Assembly: GCA_037917675.1 (NCBI GenBank)
Contig: JAVCBW010000036.1
Location: 1-64,000, forward strand
From: Thermoproteota archaeon
GTDB lineage: Archaea > Korarchaeota > Korarchaeia > B14-G2
Direction: 5' to 3'
DNA length: 64,000 bases
A program made the position numbers and the translations under genes. Shown piece after piece: positions 48,747 to 57,494 of the stretch. The notes below the pieces were generated by a model. The model saw nothing but the letters and a program-made list of their open reading frames with translations. It searched no databases and had not been told where the DNA came from. Each line of letters opens with the position of its first letter. Position 1 is the stretch's first letter.

Positions 48747-50431
48747 TGAGGGTCGATGTAGCTCTCATACATCCTCCAAGTGTATATGACTTCAGAGAGC
48801 TTCCATCTTATGCTGGCCCAATGAGCGAGGTAGTTCCATCACTTTACGTATTCGACATGTACCCCTATGGGTTCCTAACGATCTCAACACATCTAGAGGA
48901 AGCTGGTTTCAGAGTTGGAATATTCAATATAGCTGCAAAGATGCTAGCAGACAGAAAATTCAGCCCAGTCAAGCTCCTTAAGAAGCTGGATGCTGACGTC
49001 TATGCGATAAGTCTCCACTGGCTTGTCCACGCTCATGGTGCGCTAGAGCTAGCTAAAGTCGTCAAGAGCCTTCACCCAGAGTCTACAGTAGCACTCGGAG
49101 GCTTCTCAGCAACATACTACTGGCAGGAGATAATGTCTCACTACCCCTACGTAGACATCATAGTCAGAGGAGACTCTACAGAGGAAGTAATGAGGCAGCT
49201 AGTAGAGAGGATAAGCCAACACAGAAGCTTAGAAGGAGTTCCCAACATAGTATGGAGAGAAGACAGCAAGGTGAGAGCTGAACCAATATCACACGTCCCC
49301 ATCGACTTCAATAGCAGGATAGACCACTGGATCATAGCTAAGAACCTCCTAAAGACAAGAGACATGGACTTGACATCCCCCTTCTATGGGTTCAAGGAGA
49401 AGCCTGTAACAGCAGTCATCACAGTAAAAGGCTGCACATTCAACTGCATAACATGTGGAGGCTCAGCATCAGCCTTCAGATGCTACCTAAATAGAAGCAG
49501 TGTTGCGCTGAAGCCTCCAGATAAGATAGTGGAGGAAGCTGAGTCTATAGCAAGCATGATATCTGCTCCAATATTCTTTGTCGGAGATCTGAGAATAGGA
49601 GGTGAGGAGAGAGCATTAACTATAGCAAAGGCGCTGAGAGAAGCTGACTTAGGAAACGACCTCTTCTTCGAGCTTTTCTACCCAGCCTCAAGGAGGGTCC
49701 TCCAAGAGCTAAGGAGAGTAGGAGACAGCATATACCTACAAATCTCACCTGAATCGCCAGTAGAGGAAGTTCGAAGAGCATTTGGGAGGCTCTATGGCAA
49801 CAGTGAGCTGGAGAAAACGGTGAGAAATGCAGTGCACCTTGGTTTCAAGAGGATAGACCTCTACTTCATGATAGGACTCCCCCTACAGACACCAAGCCAT
49901 GCTGACAAGCCTGCAAGCTACCTGCTACATGTCACGCAGGAGGCTGGCGTCAAAGGGAGAGTAGACGCATTTGTAGCTCCTCTAGCTCCATTCGTTGACC
50001 CCGGCAGCCTAGCTTTTGAGAGCCCAGGCAGCTATGGCTACATGATCCGGTGGAGAACTCTGTCCCAGCACAGAAAGGCCCTGACAGAGGTACACTGGAA
50101 GCACTCTCTAAACTACAGGACAAGCTGGATGAGCAGAGAGGAAATATCTGAGTCCTCAGCGAGAGCAATAGAGGAGATGGCGAAGGCGAAGCTCAGGCTG
50201 GAGCTCATAACCAGAGATCAATATGAGCTCATATCGAGGAGAGTAGATCTTGACAGGAGGATATCTAGTCTAGCTGCACACATGCATAGAGACGAAGTTT
50301 CTGAGGCCATAAGAGATCTAATCGAAACAGAATACAAGGCTACAGAAGACCTCTACCCGTCAAGAAGATTATCTAGAAGCCTAAGGCTACCACTCCACTT
50401 AAAGCTGCTCGCCAAGCTTCTGATCAGGTAG
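48746..50431 (+). CDS. B12-binding/radical SAM protein (class B; resembles Ta0216/TIGR04190 family)
   Basis: D..LIHPPS.YDFR, F.MYP.G, LHWL.H.HG, RGD.TE, CTFNCITC (CxxxCxxC), FMIGLP, PFVDPGS. Confidence 0.8.
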   Translation: MRVDVALIHPPSVYDFRELPSYAGPMSEVVPSLYVFDMYPYGFLTISTHLEEAGFRVGIFNIAAKMLADRKFSPVKLLKKLDADVYAISLHWLVHAHGALELAKVVKSLHPESTVALGGFSATYYWQEIMSHYPYVDIIVRGDSTEEVMRQLVERISQHRSLEGVPNIVWREDSKVRAEPISHVPIDFNSRIDHWIIAKNLLKTRDMDLTSPFYGFKEKPVTAVITVKGCTFNCITCGGSASAFRCYLNRSSVALKPPDKIVEEAESIASMISAPIFFVGDLRIGGEERALTIAKALREADLGNDLFFELFYPASRRVLQELRRVGDSIYLQISPESPVEEVRRAFGRLYGNSELEKTVRNAVHLGFKRIDLYFMIGLPLQTPSHADKPASYLLHVTQEAGVKGRVDAFVAPLAPFVDPGSLAFESPGSYGYMIRWRTLSQHRKALTEVHWKHSLNYRTSWMSREEISESSARAIEEMAKAKLRLELITRDQYELISRRVDLDRRISSLAAHMHRDEVSEAIRDLIETEYKATEDLYPSRRLSRSLRLPLHLKLLAKLLIR

Positions 50432-51203
50432 ACTTCTCAAGCCTTCTTCCAATGAATATCACAACAAGATATAGTCCCATAAACGGTATGCTAAGTAGAA
50501 GCATACTGATGGGAGACGGGTCTGGTGTAAGCACAGCTGTAAGCACCAGGACTACAAGGAATACCTTCCTGACATTACTAGAGAGAGTATTTGTGTCTAT
50601 CACACCAGCCTTGAGTAAAACAAGCAGTATAAGCGGGAAGTTAAAGAAGAGGCCTGTAGCCACAACAGCTAAGAATATGAAGTTCATGAAGTCCTTGAGA
50701 GTAAATACAGGGGTAGCTCCCCCCTTAACAGCAAGCCACATTATAACCCTAGCAGTGATTGGGACAATTATGTAAAAGGCATAAACTCCTCCCAGAGCAA
50801 AGAGCGAGACAAATCCTAGGACAAAGTAGGTAATCATCTTCTTCTCATGCCTATAAAGGGCGGGGCTAATGTACTTCCAGAGCTCATATGCTACGACAGG
50901 AGACGCTACCAGAAAGCCTAGGACAAGAGAGGTAGTCAGGTATACAGTCAGCACATCCATCCAGCCACCAGCTATGACCTCAGCTCCCTCAGGGAGCATC
51001 TTCTCCTCAAGACAGCTAATCACCTGTGAAACCAAGGTCGTATAGTTCCCTCTATAGCTAGATGGGTCCAAAGGCCTAGCCGGTACGATGCCTACTATGA
51101 AGGCTGCAGCACCAACCACGAGCACTATAACCTTAAGTCTCTCAGAGAGCTCAGTTATATGGTCCCAAATAGGCTTCTCGACATCATACTCCAAGCACTG
51201 CAC
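50424..51203 (-). CDS. tatC: Twin-arginine translocase TatC
   Basis: H..EL..R, P...Y..W..I.P.LY..E, F..P, A..TPD. Confidence 0.9.
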   Translation of the reverse strand: MQCLEYDVEKPIWDHITELSERLKVIVLVVGAAAFIVGIVPARPLDPSSYRGNYTTLVSQVISCLEEKMLPEGAEVIAGGWMDVLTVYLTTSLVLGFLVASPVVAYELWKYISPALYRHEKKMITYFVLGFVSLFALGGVYAFYIIVPITARVIMWLAVKGGATPVFTLKDFMNFIFLAVVATGLFFNFPLILLVLLKAGVIDTNTLSSNVRKVFLVVLVLTAVLTPDPSPISMLLLSIPFMGLYLVVIFIGRRLEKST

Positions 51204-51408
51204 CTCATATACCAGAGAACCAATTCTATAAGCAGCATTACCTAAAAAGTTTCTTTAGCTTCACATTATAACTTCCTACATACACTTCATGTCCTACCGG
51301 CCCTAACAGCCACCAAGTGTTATGATTCTATCAACCACAAAATCATGCCTACTAACCTCTAGCTATCCTAAGCTTATGGCACTTAAGCTGAGAGCTTAGC
51401 GTATGCTA

Positions 51409-51828
51409 CTATATGGATTCCCTAGCGAAGGCATACTGTGTTGTTGTTGGAAGGCTCCTCCTAAGCTTCATGACCTGTGGCCTGTACAATATGAGTTTCT
51501 CGTTCCTAGCTGGCTGAGGAAGAGCGAGGATCTTTGCTATCACCTGCCTCTCAACATCCCCCTCTACCTCATAGGTTCCTCTACCATACTTCGGGTTTAT
51601 GGTGAGGATAATAGGAAGCTTCAGTCTGTCATGTAGCTCCTCTGGAACCATCTCAGCTAATCTTTCAAGCTCTCTCTTGTCAAACATGTGGACTGACCCA
51701 TCTCTACAAAGCACCTTTGGGTCCTTCTCGCCTAAAAGCTGTCTTAGCGTCTTAAACTCTGCTGGGAGATGTGCGTTAGCAATGGAGATCAACCTCCTTA
51801 TAGCCTGTTCCTCTCCCAGCTTGAACAT
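51409..51828 (-). CDS. DUF61/UPF0216-family conserved archaeal protein
   Basis: N.HLP...KTL..LL, P.V..RDG..H.F...EL, LKLPI, R..LPTTTQ.F. Confidence 0.72.
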   Translation of the reverse strand: MFKLGEEQAIRRLISIANAHLPAEFKTLRQLLGEKDPKVLCRDGSVHMFDKRELERLAEMVPEELHDRLKLPIILTINPKYGRGTYEVEGDVERQVIAKILALPQPARNEKLILYRPQVMKLRRSLPTTTQYAFARESI

Positions 51829-52021
51829 ACGATCCCCATAACCACGCTTCTATGCACTTAAAGATTTATCACTCGGCGAGTTGAGAGATATGCTCCAATT
51901 GGAAGCTAGATCCTATCAGTGTAAAGGAGCCTAGGAATACAGCCTCCTAGGAGTCTTCTTGAGGTACTCTGTTATCTCGAAGCTTGCCCGCGAAATCTGA
52001 ATTTAGCCTCCTAGCTGCTTT

Positions 52022-52317
52022 ATGGTAGTATCATGGAGGGCGAAAACTCACGGTATGCCCTGTTGCAGTGGTTTCATGTACAGGGCTGAGTATAAGATTG
52101 CGATAGAGCTTCCTGGTGTTGAGAAGGAGGATATCGACCTGTCAGTAACTGAAGAGGACATCTGTCTCTGAGAGAGGATTTAGTGTTCTATGACTGTTGG
52201 GCTTTAGCTCACAGGATAAACATCGAGAGGGCTACTGCAAAGTTCGATGATGGCTTGCTCACTAACCGTGTGCTTCTTAAGGAACCAATTAAGGCTAGGA
52301 AGATTAGGATAGAGTAG
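52022..52317 (+). pseudogene. Frameshifted small heat shock protein (Hsp20) remnant
   Basis: One frame gives EYKIAIELPGVEKEDIDLSVTEEDICL-stop (TGA 52169-52171); a shifted frame continues REDLVFYDCWALAHRINIERATAKFDDGLL..KARKIRIE-stop (52315-52317). Confidence 0.75.
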
Positions 52318-52323
52318 GCTAAC

Positions 52324-52343
52324 TTTCCTCCCCTTTTTCTTTT
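52324..52343 (+). terminator. Pyrimidine/T-rich archaeal terminator candidate after the hsp20 remnant
   Basis: TTTCCTCCCCTTTTTCTTTT immediately after the stop codon. Confidence 0.45.
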
Positions 52344-52771
52344 AGAGAGAGCTTAGGAGGCTGCACTGCAGCGCTTGCTTTCTAGATGGCCTTTCTAAAG
52401 CTGCAGCAGCTTTAGCAGCATTTTTCTGTGATCTAGCAGGCTATCAGCTTCAGTTCTTCCAAGTATATGTTGATGCTGGCCTGGAGCTGCCTGACACGAG
52501 ACAGCTTTCACGCGTGGTTATAGCCTTCTGAACTAGGTGCTATGGCCCCTTCTATAGTATCGTATTAGGTTCTTCCCTTAAACAAGCTCCGAGAGCTCTA
52601 AGCTGAAGTCTCATAAGATCTTTGTGTCCTCCAATCTGCATGTCAACGTTTTATGGCTCTTCGTGCTGAGGTCCCTGTTCTCCTGATGTTGCGTCCTGCT
52701 GTCTCTGCTATGCTGTAGGCAGGGTGGTTTAACTTTTATAAGCTGGTTGCTGAGGCGGCGTCTGGTGGTAT

Positions 52772-53389
52772 TTGATGTCAGTGGAGGTTGCTGGAGACTA
52801 CCATAAGATTACAGAGGCGCTCCTTGAGAAGGCTAGGAGTGAGGCTAACGATATAATTAGTGAGGCTAGGAATAGAGCTGAAGCCAAGATTAAGGAGGCT
52901 GAGGAGAGAGCTAAAGCTGAAGCTGAGGTTCTGCTTGAATCCAAGATCAGAGAGGCTGAAAGGGAGGCTGAAAGGCTCCTTATAGATGCAAGGTTCAGAG
53001 GTAGGCAGAAGCTTGCTCAGGCTAGAGAAGAGCTTGTGAAGAAGGTGTTTAAGGAGGCTGAGGAGAGGATTCGAAGGGAATATGGTGGCGAAGCCTTAGA
53101 GAACCTGATGATAAGGTCAATTGAGCTCGCTGGCACAAGCAACCTTATAGCATATGTCAGCGAGTCAGATCTCAATGTTGCAGCTAAGATAGCTGAGAAA
53201 ATAAAGAGAGAGCATGGAGTTAGGCTGAAACTCGAGGCTTCTCCTATGGTAAAGGGTGGTATCATAGTCAAATCCACCGACGGGAGAATTGTGGTTGACA
53301 ACACCCTTAAAACCAGGATTGAGCAGGCCAAGAAGAGGCTTAGGCCTCTCATCGCTAAGATAATCCTTGAGAAGGCCAAGGTGTCCTGA
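52772..53389 (+). CDS. atpE: A/V-type ATP synthase subunit E
   Basis: N-terminal coiled coil, GGII...DG.I.VDNT...R. Confidence 0.88.
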   Translation: MMSVEVAGDYHKITEALLEKARSEANDIISEARNRAEAKIKEAEERAKAEAEVLLESKIREAEREAERLLIDARFRGRQKLAQAREELVKKVFKEAEERIRREYGGEALENLMIRSIELAGTSNLIAYVSESDLNVAAKIAEKIKREHGVRLKLEASPMVKGGIIVKSTDGRIVVDNTLKTRIEQAKKRLRPLIAKIILEKAKVS

Positions 53390-53709
53390 TGAAGATTGTA
53401 GTGATAGGAGACGCTGACACTATAGCCGGCTTCAAGCTAGCTGGTGTGACTGAGGCATATGAGGTAAGTGAAGAGAGCCCTAGGGAGTCAGCTAAGAGAG
53501 CTGTCAGAATGCTGCTCAACAGGAGAGACGTAGCTCTAGTGATCATAACAGAGAAGGCTGCTGAGCTAGCTAGAGAGGAAATAGAGATGTTCAGGGAGAG
53601 GATGTACCCAATTTTCATAGAGATCCCAGATAGAGGTGGCCCTAGGCTTCCAGCTGAAAGGAAGTATAAGGAGATGATAAAGAGGGCTGTTGGAATAGAA
53701 GTAGGCTGA
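53389..53709 (+). CDS. atpF: A/V-type ATP synthase subunit F
   Basis: IGD.DT..GF.LAG, P...EIP, IKRAVG. Confidence 0.92.
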   Translation: MKIVVIGDADTIAGFKLAGVTEAYEVSEESPRESAKRAVRMLLNRRDVALVIITEKAAELAREEIEMFRERMYPIFIEIPDRGGPRLPAERKYKEMIKRAVGIEVG

Positions 53710-53720
53710 GGTGAAGCTAA

Positions 53721-54362
53721 GTGGCTGCAGCCAGAGTCAGTCCAACTAGAATGGAGCTTCTGAAGCTTAGAAGAAGGATAGCTCTCGCCAACAGAGCTTA
53801 CAGGCTTCTCAGGGAGAAAGAGGAGGCTCTCATAATAGACTTCATGAATCTGCTAAGCGAAGCCAGGGAGAAGAGGAAGAAACTTGAGGAAGCCATTAAG
53901 GGAGCTTTTGAGAAGCTGCTTGTAGCCAATATGGTCATGGGGAACCTTGGGGTCAGGAGAGCTAGCATAGGGCTCAGAGAGGGTATGGAGATTGAAGTGG
54001 GCTTCAGGAACATAATGGGCGTCATAGTGCCTGTTCTAAAGGTAAAAAAGGCTGAGCTAGGTGTTATGGAGAGTGGATATCCCATCATGGATACATCAGC
54101 CTACCTAGATGAGTCCAAGATGGCGTTTGAGGAGGTGCTGGGGTACATCGTCTCCTTGGCTGAGACGGAGAGAGCTCTTGAGCTCCTAGGCAGAGAAATC
54201 AGGAGGACTAGGAGAAAAGTCAACATCCTAGAGTACATAATACTACCTAGGCTCGAGGCCTCTGCTAAGGAAATAGAGATGAAGCTCGAGGAGCTAGCGA
54301 GGGAAGACTACTTCAGGCTCAAGCTGATCAAGAGGCTTGTGCTCTCTAAGAGAAGGGCTTAG
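53721..54362 (+). CDS. atpD: A/V-type ATP synthase subunit D
   Basis: PTRMEL, LL..K, N.MGV.VP, T.R.VN.LE...P, RLK. Confidence 0.92.
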   Translation: MAAARVSPTRMELLKLRRRIALANRAYRLLREKEEALIIDFMNLLSEAREKRKKLEEAIKGAFEKLLVANMVMGNLGVRRASIGLREGMEIEVGFRNIMGVIVPVLKVKKAELGVMESGYPIMDTSAYLDESKMAFEEVLGYIVSLAETERALELLGREIRRTRRKVNILEYIILPRLEASAKEIEMKLEELAREDYFRLKLIKRLVLSKRRA

Positions 54363-54451
54363 CTCTACTTCCGCATGTAACTGTAGGCGAAAGAATTATA
54401 AGTTAATCTCTGAAGCCCCAACCTGAAGAAAGAAGCTTAAAGGAGATTACA

Positions 54452-56131
54452 ATGCTAAAGCCAGTCTCCATGCTTAAGGTCAGAGGCTATATCCCAGTTG
54501 AGTGTATTGACAGGTTTCTAGCTGCTATAGGAGAGCAGAAGCTTATCGAGCTCAAAGATATGAGAGGCAGGATAGGAAGGAAGCTTGAAGAAAAGGTCAG
54601 GCCAATAGAGCCCACCGAAAGGCTGTTCAGGCTATCTGCCCTCTCATCTAGAATAGATAGCCTAGCAGCCTCTCTAGGCATCAGTATGGAAGCTGTCAAG
54701 GAGACCAGGAAGAAGGCTTCACCTGAGGTGATAGACGAAGCTGAAAAATACATATCAGAGCTAGAGGCAGAGATCTCCAGCATACAGAGCAGAATAGCAG
54801 AGCTAGAGAGGGAGGCTGAGGAAGAAGAGAAGGCAGTAGAAGAGAGGAGAAGATTAGGAGAGGAGCTTAAGTCGATAGCTAAGGAGAGCAAAGCCAGGTT
54901 AATTGAGTACAAGAGTGCTGTGGAGAGCTTCAGAATAATAGAAGAGGCCAAGACGAAGATGGCTAGCTCTGAAACTGTAGCCGTGTTCGAGGGGTGGGTT
55001 CCAGAGGAGAGTAGGCGAAAGCTGGAGGAGATCGCTGAGAAATGCACTGGAGGAAAGTATGTGCTAGAGTTCACCAAACCACAGCTTGAGCACGGGCATC
55101 ATGCTGAGAAGCCTCCAACGCTTCTCAAGAACCCGAGTGTAGTTCGCGTTATAGAGGCTCTTGTAAGAAGCTATGGAACACCCAACTACTTCGAAATAGA
55201 CCCGTCTATACTCTGGTTCTTCACGTTTCCAGTGATATTCGGAATGATGTTCGGTGACCTAGGCCACGGCCTTGCTCTCACAGTCCTCGCTTCCATAGCT
55301 TACCTACTGAAGAGAAGAGGGTTTGAGGGTGGAGGAGAGATCATAAGATACGTGCTAGAGGGCTCTACATTCTTCATACTAGGAGGGTTGGCAGCTATGT
55401 TCTTTGGCTTCGTCTACGGTGAGGTGTTAGGCCACCATCTTCATGAGGTATTCCATAGCGAAGCTCTAGAGAGCACAAGAGAAAAGCTCCTACAAATGCT
55501 AGGCTTCCCATCACACTGGTCTCCAGCTGAGGATCCCATGCCTCTCCTAAAGTTCTCCGTTTACATAGCCATACTACACATCCTAGCGGGTCTCATCCTG
55601 GGACTGATTAACAAGCTTAAGATGAGAGAGCTGAACGAAGCTGTAGCAGGTCCACTTGTGTGGATATGGCTTTACTTAGGTGGCGTCTACCTTTTCTTCA
55701 AGCATGGGATAGGGGCCTTCATGGCTGCCTTTGATTTCAGAGAGAGTTTCCCATTCCTGTGGCTTCCATTCATAGTAATGCTGATACTAAAGATGAGGGT
55801 TCTAGGTGTTACAGAGGGATTTGGTGAAGCACTTGACTCTCTGTTAGCATCGCTATCTAACACTATATCCTACTCAAGAATCTTTGCATTTGAGATGATA
55901 CATGTAGTGCTAAGTAAGCTCTTTGTGGATGTGACCAGGAGCCTCTCATGGATAGGCCCATTCACGATAGGTGCTATAGTAGGAACACTGTTCTTCGTTT
56001 TCTTCGAGGTGGTCTTCGTCTTCTTCCAGGATCTAAGGCTTCACTGGGTGGAGCACGGTCTAAAGTTCTATCATGGTGATGGCGTCGAGTTTAAGCCACT
56101 AGCAACATCTACGCCTATCAGCATACCATAG
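54452..56131 (+). CDS. atpI: A/V-type ATP synthase subunit I (a)
   Basis: GW.P, PPT...N, Y..P.Y.EIDP, FGMMFGD.G.G, essential Arg in SYSR, LRLHWVE..KFY. Confidence 0.9.
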   Translation: MLKPVSMLKVRGYIPVECIDRFLAAIGEQKLIELKDMRGRIGRKLEEKVRPIEPTERLFRLSALSSRIDSLAASLGISMEAVKETRKKASPEVIDEAEKYISELEAEISSIQSRIAELEREAEEEEKAVEERRRLGEELKSIAKESKARLIEYKSAVESFRIIEEAKTKMASSETVAVFEGWVPEESRRKLEEIAEKCTGGKYVLEFTKPQLEHGHHAEKPPTLLKNPSVVRVIEALVRSYGTPNYFEIDPSILWFFTFPVIFGMMFGDLGHGLALTVLASIAYLLKRRGFEGGGEIIRYVLEGSTFFILGGLAAMFFGFVYGEVLGHHLHEVFHSEALESTREKLLQMLGFPSHWSPAEDPMPLLKFSVYIAILHILAGLILGLINKLKMRELNEAVAGPLVWIWLYLGGVYLFFKHGIGAFMAAFDFRESFPFLWLPFIVMLILKMRVLGVTEGFGEALDSLLASLSNTISYSRIFAFEMIHVVLSKLFVDVTRSLSWIGPFTIGAIVGTLFFVFFEVVFVFFQDLRLHWVEHGLKFYHGDGVEFKPLATSTPISIP

Positions 56132-56136
56132 CAAAA

Positions 56137-57021
56137 CTACATTACCATAAGCTTTAGAGCTTCTCCTCCCCTTATTCCTCTCATCAGCTTAATGAATGCT
56201 ATGTTTAGGTTATAGCACTCAATCCAAGATAGAAGTATCATGCTAAGGGCAAGTGATGGCTGGAATGGATAGCTCACAAGTGGTATATTAGCTACTAACC
56301 TTACTCTTCTCAAGAACCCAAGATCTCCCTCAGGAACCTGCCTTGATACAAGTTTGCTAATCAAGCTACTCGGGATCCCCCTTAGGTACCTTGTGTTCTT
56401 TATGGAGGAGGTTACATAGTATGATAAGGCATCTTCTGCCGCTTTCTCCAATCCAGCAAGCAATCTATCAACTCCTCCATTCACAGAGCTCCCTCTAGCT
56501 AGCCTTCTGACAGAGTTAACAGTCTTTAAGACCACATAGTAATGTAGCCCATGTGCCTGCTCAACTTCTAGCATCATCCTCTTCTCCTCTTCACTCAGCT
56601 TCACTCCTAGCAGAGCTGTTGCCTGTAGTGGAGGCAATTTGAGAAGCATGCTTCTCTTAACCCTATAAGGAGGTATCACCATGGCCTCTGAGGTAAAGCT
56701 TCTCTCTATTCTAGCCTTAATAGCTGATGATATGCACCATATGCCTAACACTCTCCTAAACTCCTCTATAAGCTCTTTCCCTAGCGGTATGTTGTCGACT
56801 ATAAAGTCGAGTGTTTCTGAAAACTGATACATGAGCTTATCGTTAAGCTCCTCTATACTCTTAGCAAAGGAAAGCTCTCTGTACTTGGTTCTGGCCAGGG
56901 TTACCTGCAGCTCTCGCAGGTCTTTGCAGCCCAATACACTCTTATAATCACTTTCATCAAGTAGTTTACCGATCTGAGCTCTCAGTCTAGATGCGAAGTA
57001 GCTGTAGCTCCCACTTTTCAC
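56137..57021 (-). CDS. Divergent paralog of ATP synthase subunit C (AC39/d family), shortened, opposite strand
   Basis: N-terminus Y.Y...RLRA....LL...Y and C-terminal YPFQ....E..NL match 57495..58541. Confidence 0.65.
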   Translation of the reverse strand: MKSGSYSYFASRLRAQIGKLLDESDYKSVLGCKDLRELQVTLARTKYRELSFAKSIEELNDKLMYQFSETLDFIVDNIPLGKELIEEFRRVLGIWCISSAIKARIERSFTSEAMVIPPYRVKRSMLLKLPPLQATALLGVKLSEEEKRMMLEVEQAHGLHYYVVLKTVNSVRRLARGSSVNGGVDRLLAGLEKAAEDALSYYVTSSIKNTRYLRGIPSSLISKLVSRQVPEGDLGFLRRVRLVANIPLVSYPFQPSLALSMILLSWIECYNLNIAFIKLMRGIRGGEALKLMVM

Positions 57022-57219
57022 CTATCTCCCCTTTGAGATAAGCTCCCTCTTCAGAATTATTCCCCACATTAGAATTGTGCCACATATTGTGCCAATTAGC
57101 ACCCCTATTCCCGGATGGTAGTTCAGCCTCTTAGCTAAGTAGTAGCCGACCATAGCTAAGGCGAGTATATCAAATGGTAGCGTAAAGTACCACATTGCCT
57201 TAGCCATCTCACCGCTCAA
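57022..57219 (-). CDS. Small two-TM protein, AtpZ/AtpI (ATPase gene 1)-like
   Basis: GYYL..L....G..IG...G pattern; abuts the subunit C paralog. Confidence 0.5.
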   Translation of the reverse strand: MSGEMAKAMWYFTLPFDILALAMVGYYLAKRLNYHPGIGVLIGTICGTILMWGIILKRELISKGR

Positions 57220-57248
57220 GATACCCCCTCAATAGGGATTCAGGTAAG

Positions 57249-57257
57249 CTTTTAAAG
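57249..57257. promoter_or_regulatory. Palindromic TTTAAA TATA box, candidate bidirectional promoter
   Basis: Centred in a 61-bp gap, about 25 nt from ATG 57281 and about 31 nt from TTG 57219. Confidence 0.5.
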
Positions 57258-57280
57258 ATTCAGACATGTGGTAGGCCGCC

Positions 57281-57490
57281 ATGCGTAGAGAGTTGCTTAT
57301 CCTAGTGAAAACTCTCATATTAGGCCTCGAACTTCCAGCTTTGGTTATAGTCGGCGTTTTAATAGGATTGCTTGTTGGGAGAAAGATCTCTCTCATAGCT
57401 GCATTTATATTATCTCTCATAGGAGGCTTTGTTGGTCTTGCTATGGGTATTCTCCTATTCCTCAAACTAGTAAGATACGTAGTGAGGTGA
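57281..57490 (+). CDS. Small two-TM protein, AtpZ/AtpI-like
   Basis: GLE......G..IG..G ... GG..G pattern; directly upstream of subunit C. Confidence 0.5.
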   Translation: MRRELLILVKTLILGLELPALVIVGVLIGLLVGRKISLIAAFILSLIGGFVGLAMGILLFLKLVRYVVR

Positions 57491-57494
57491 TAAT

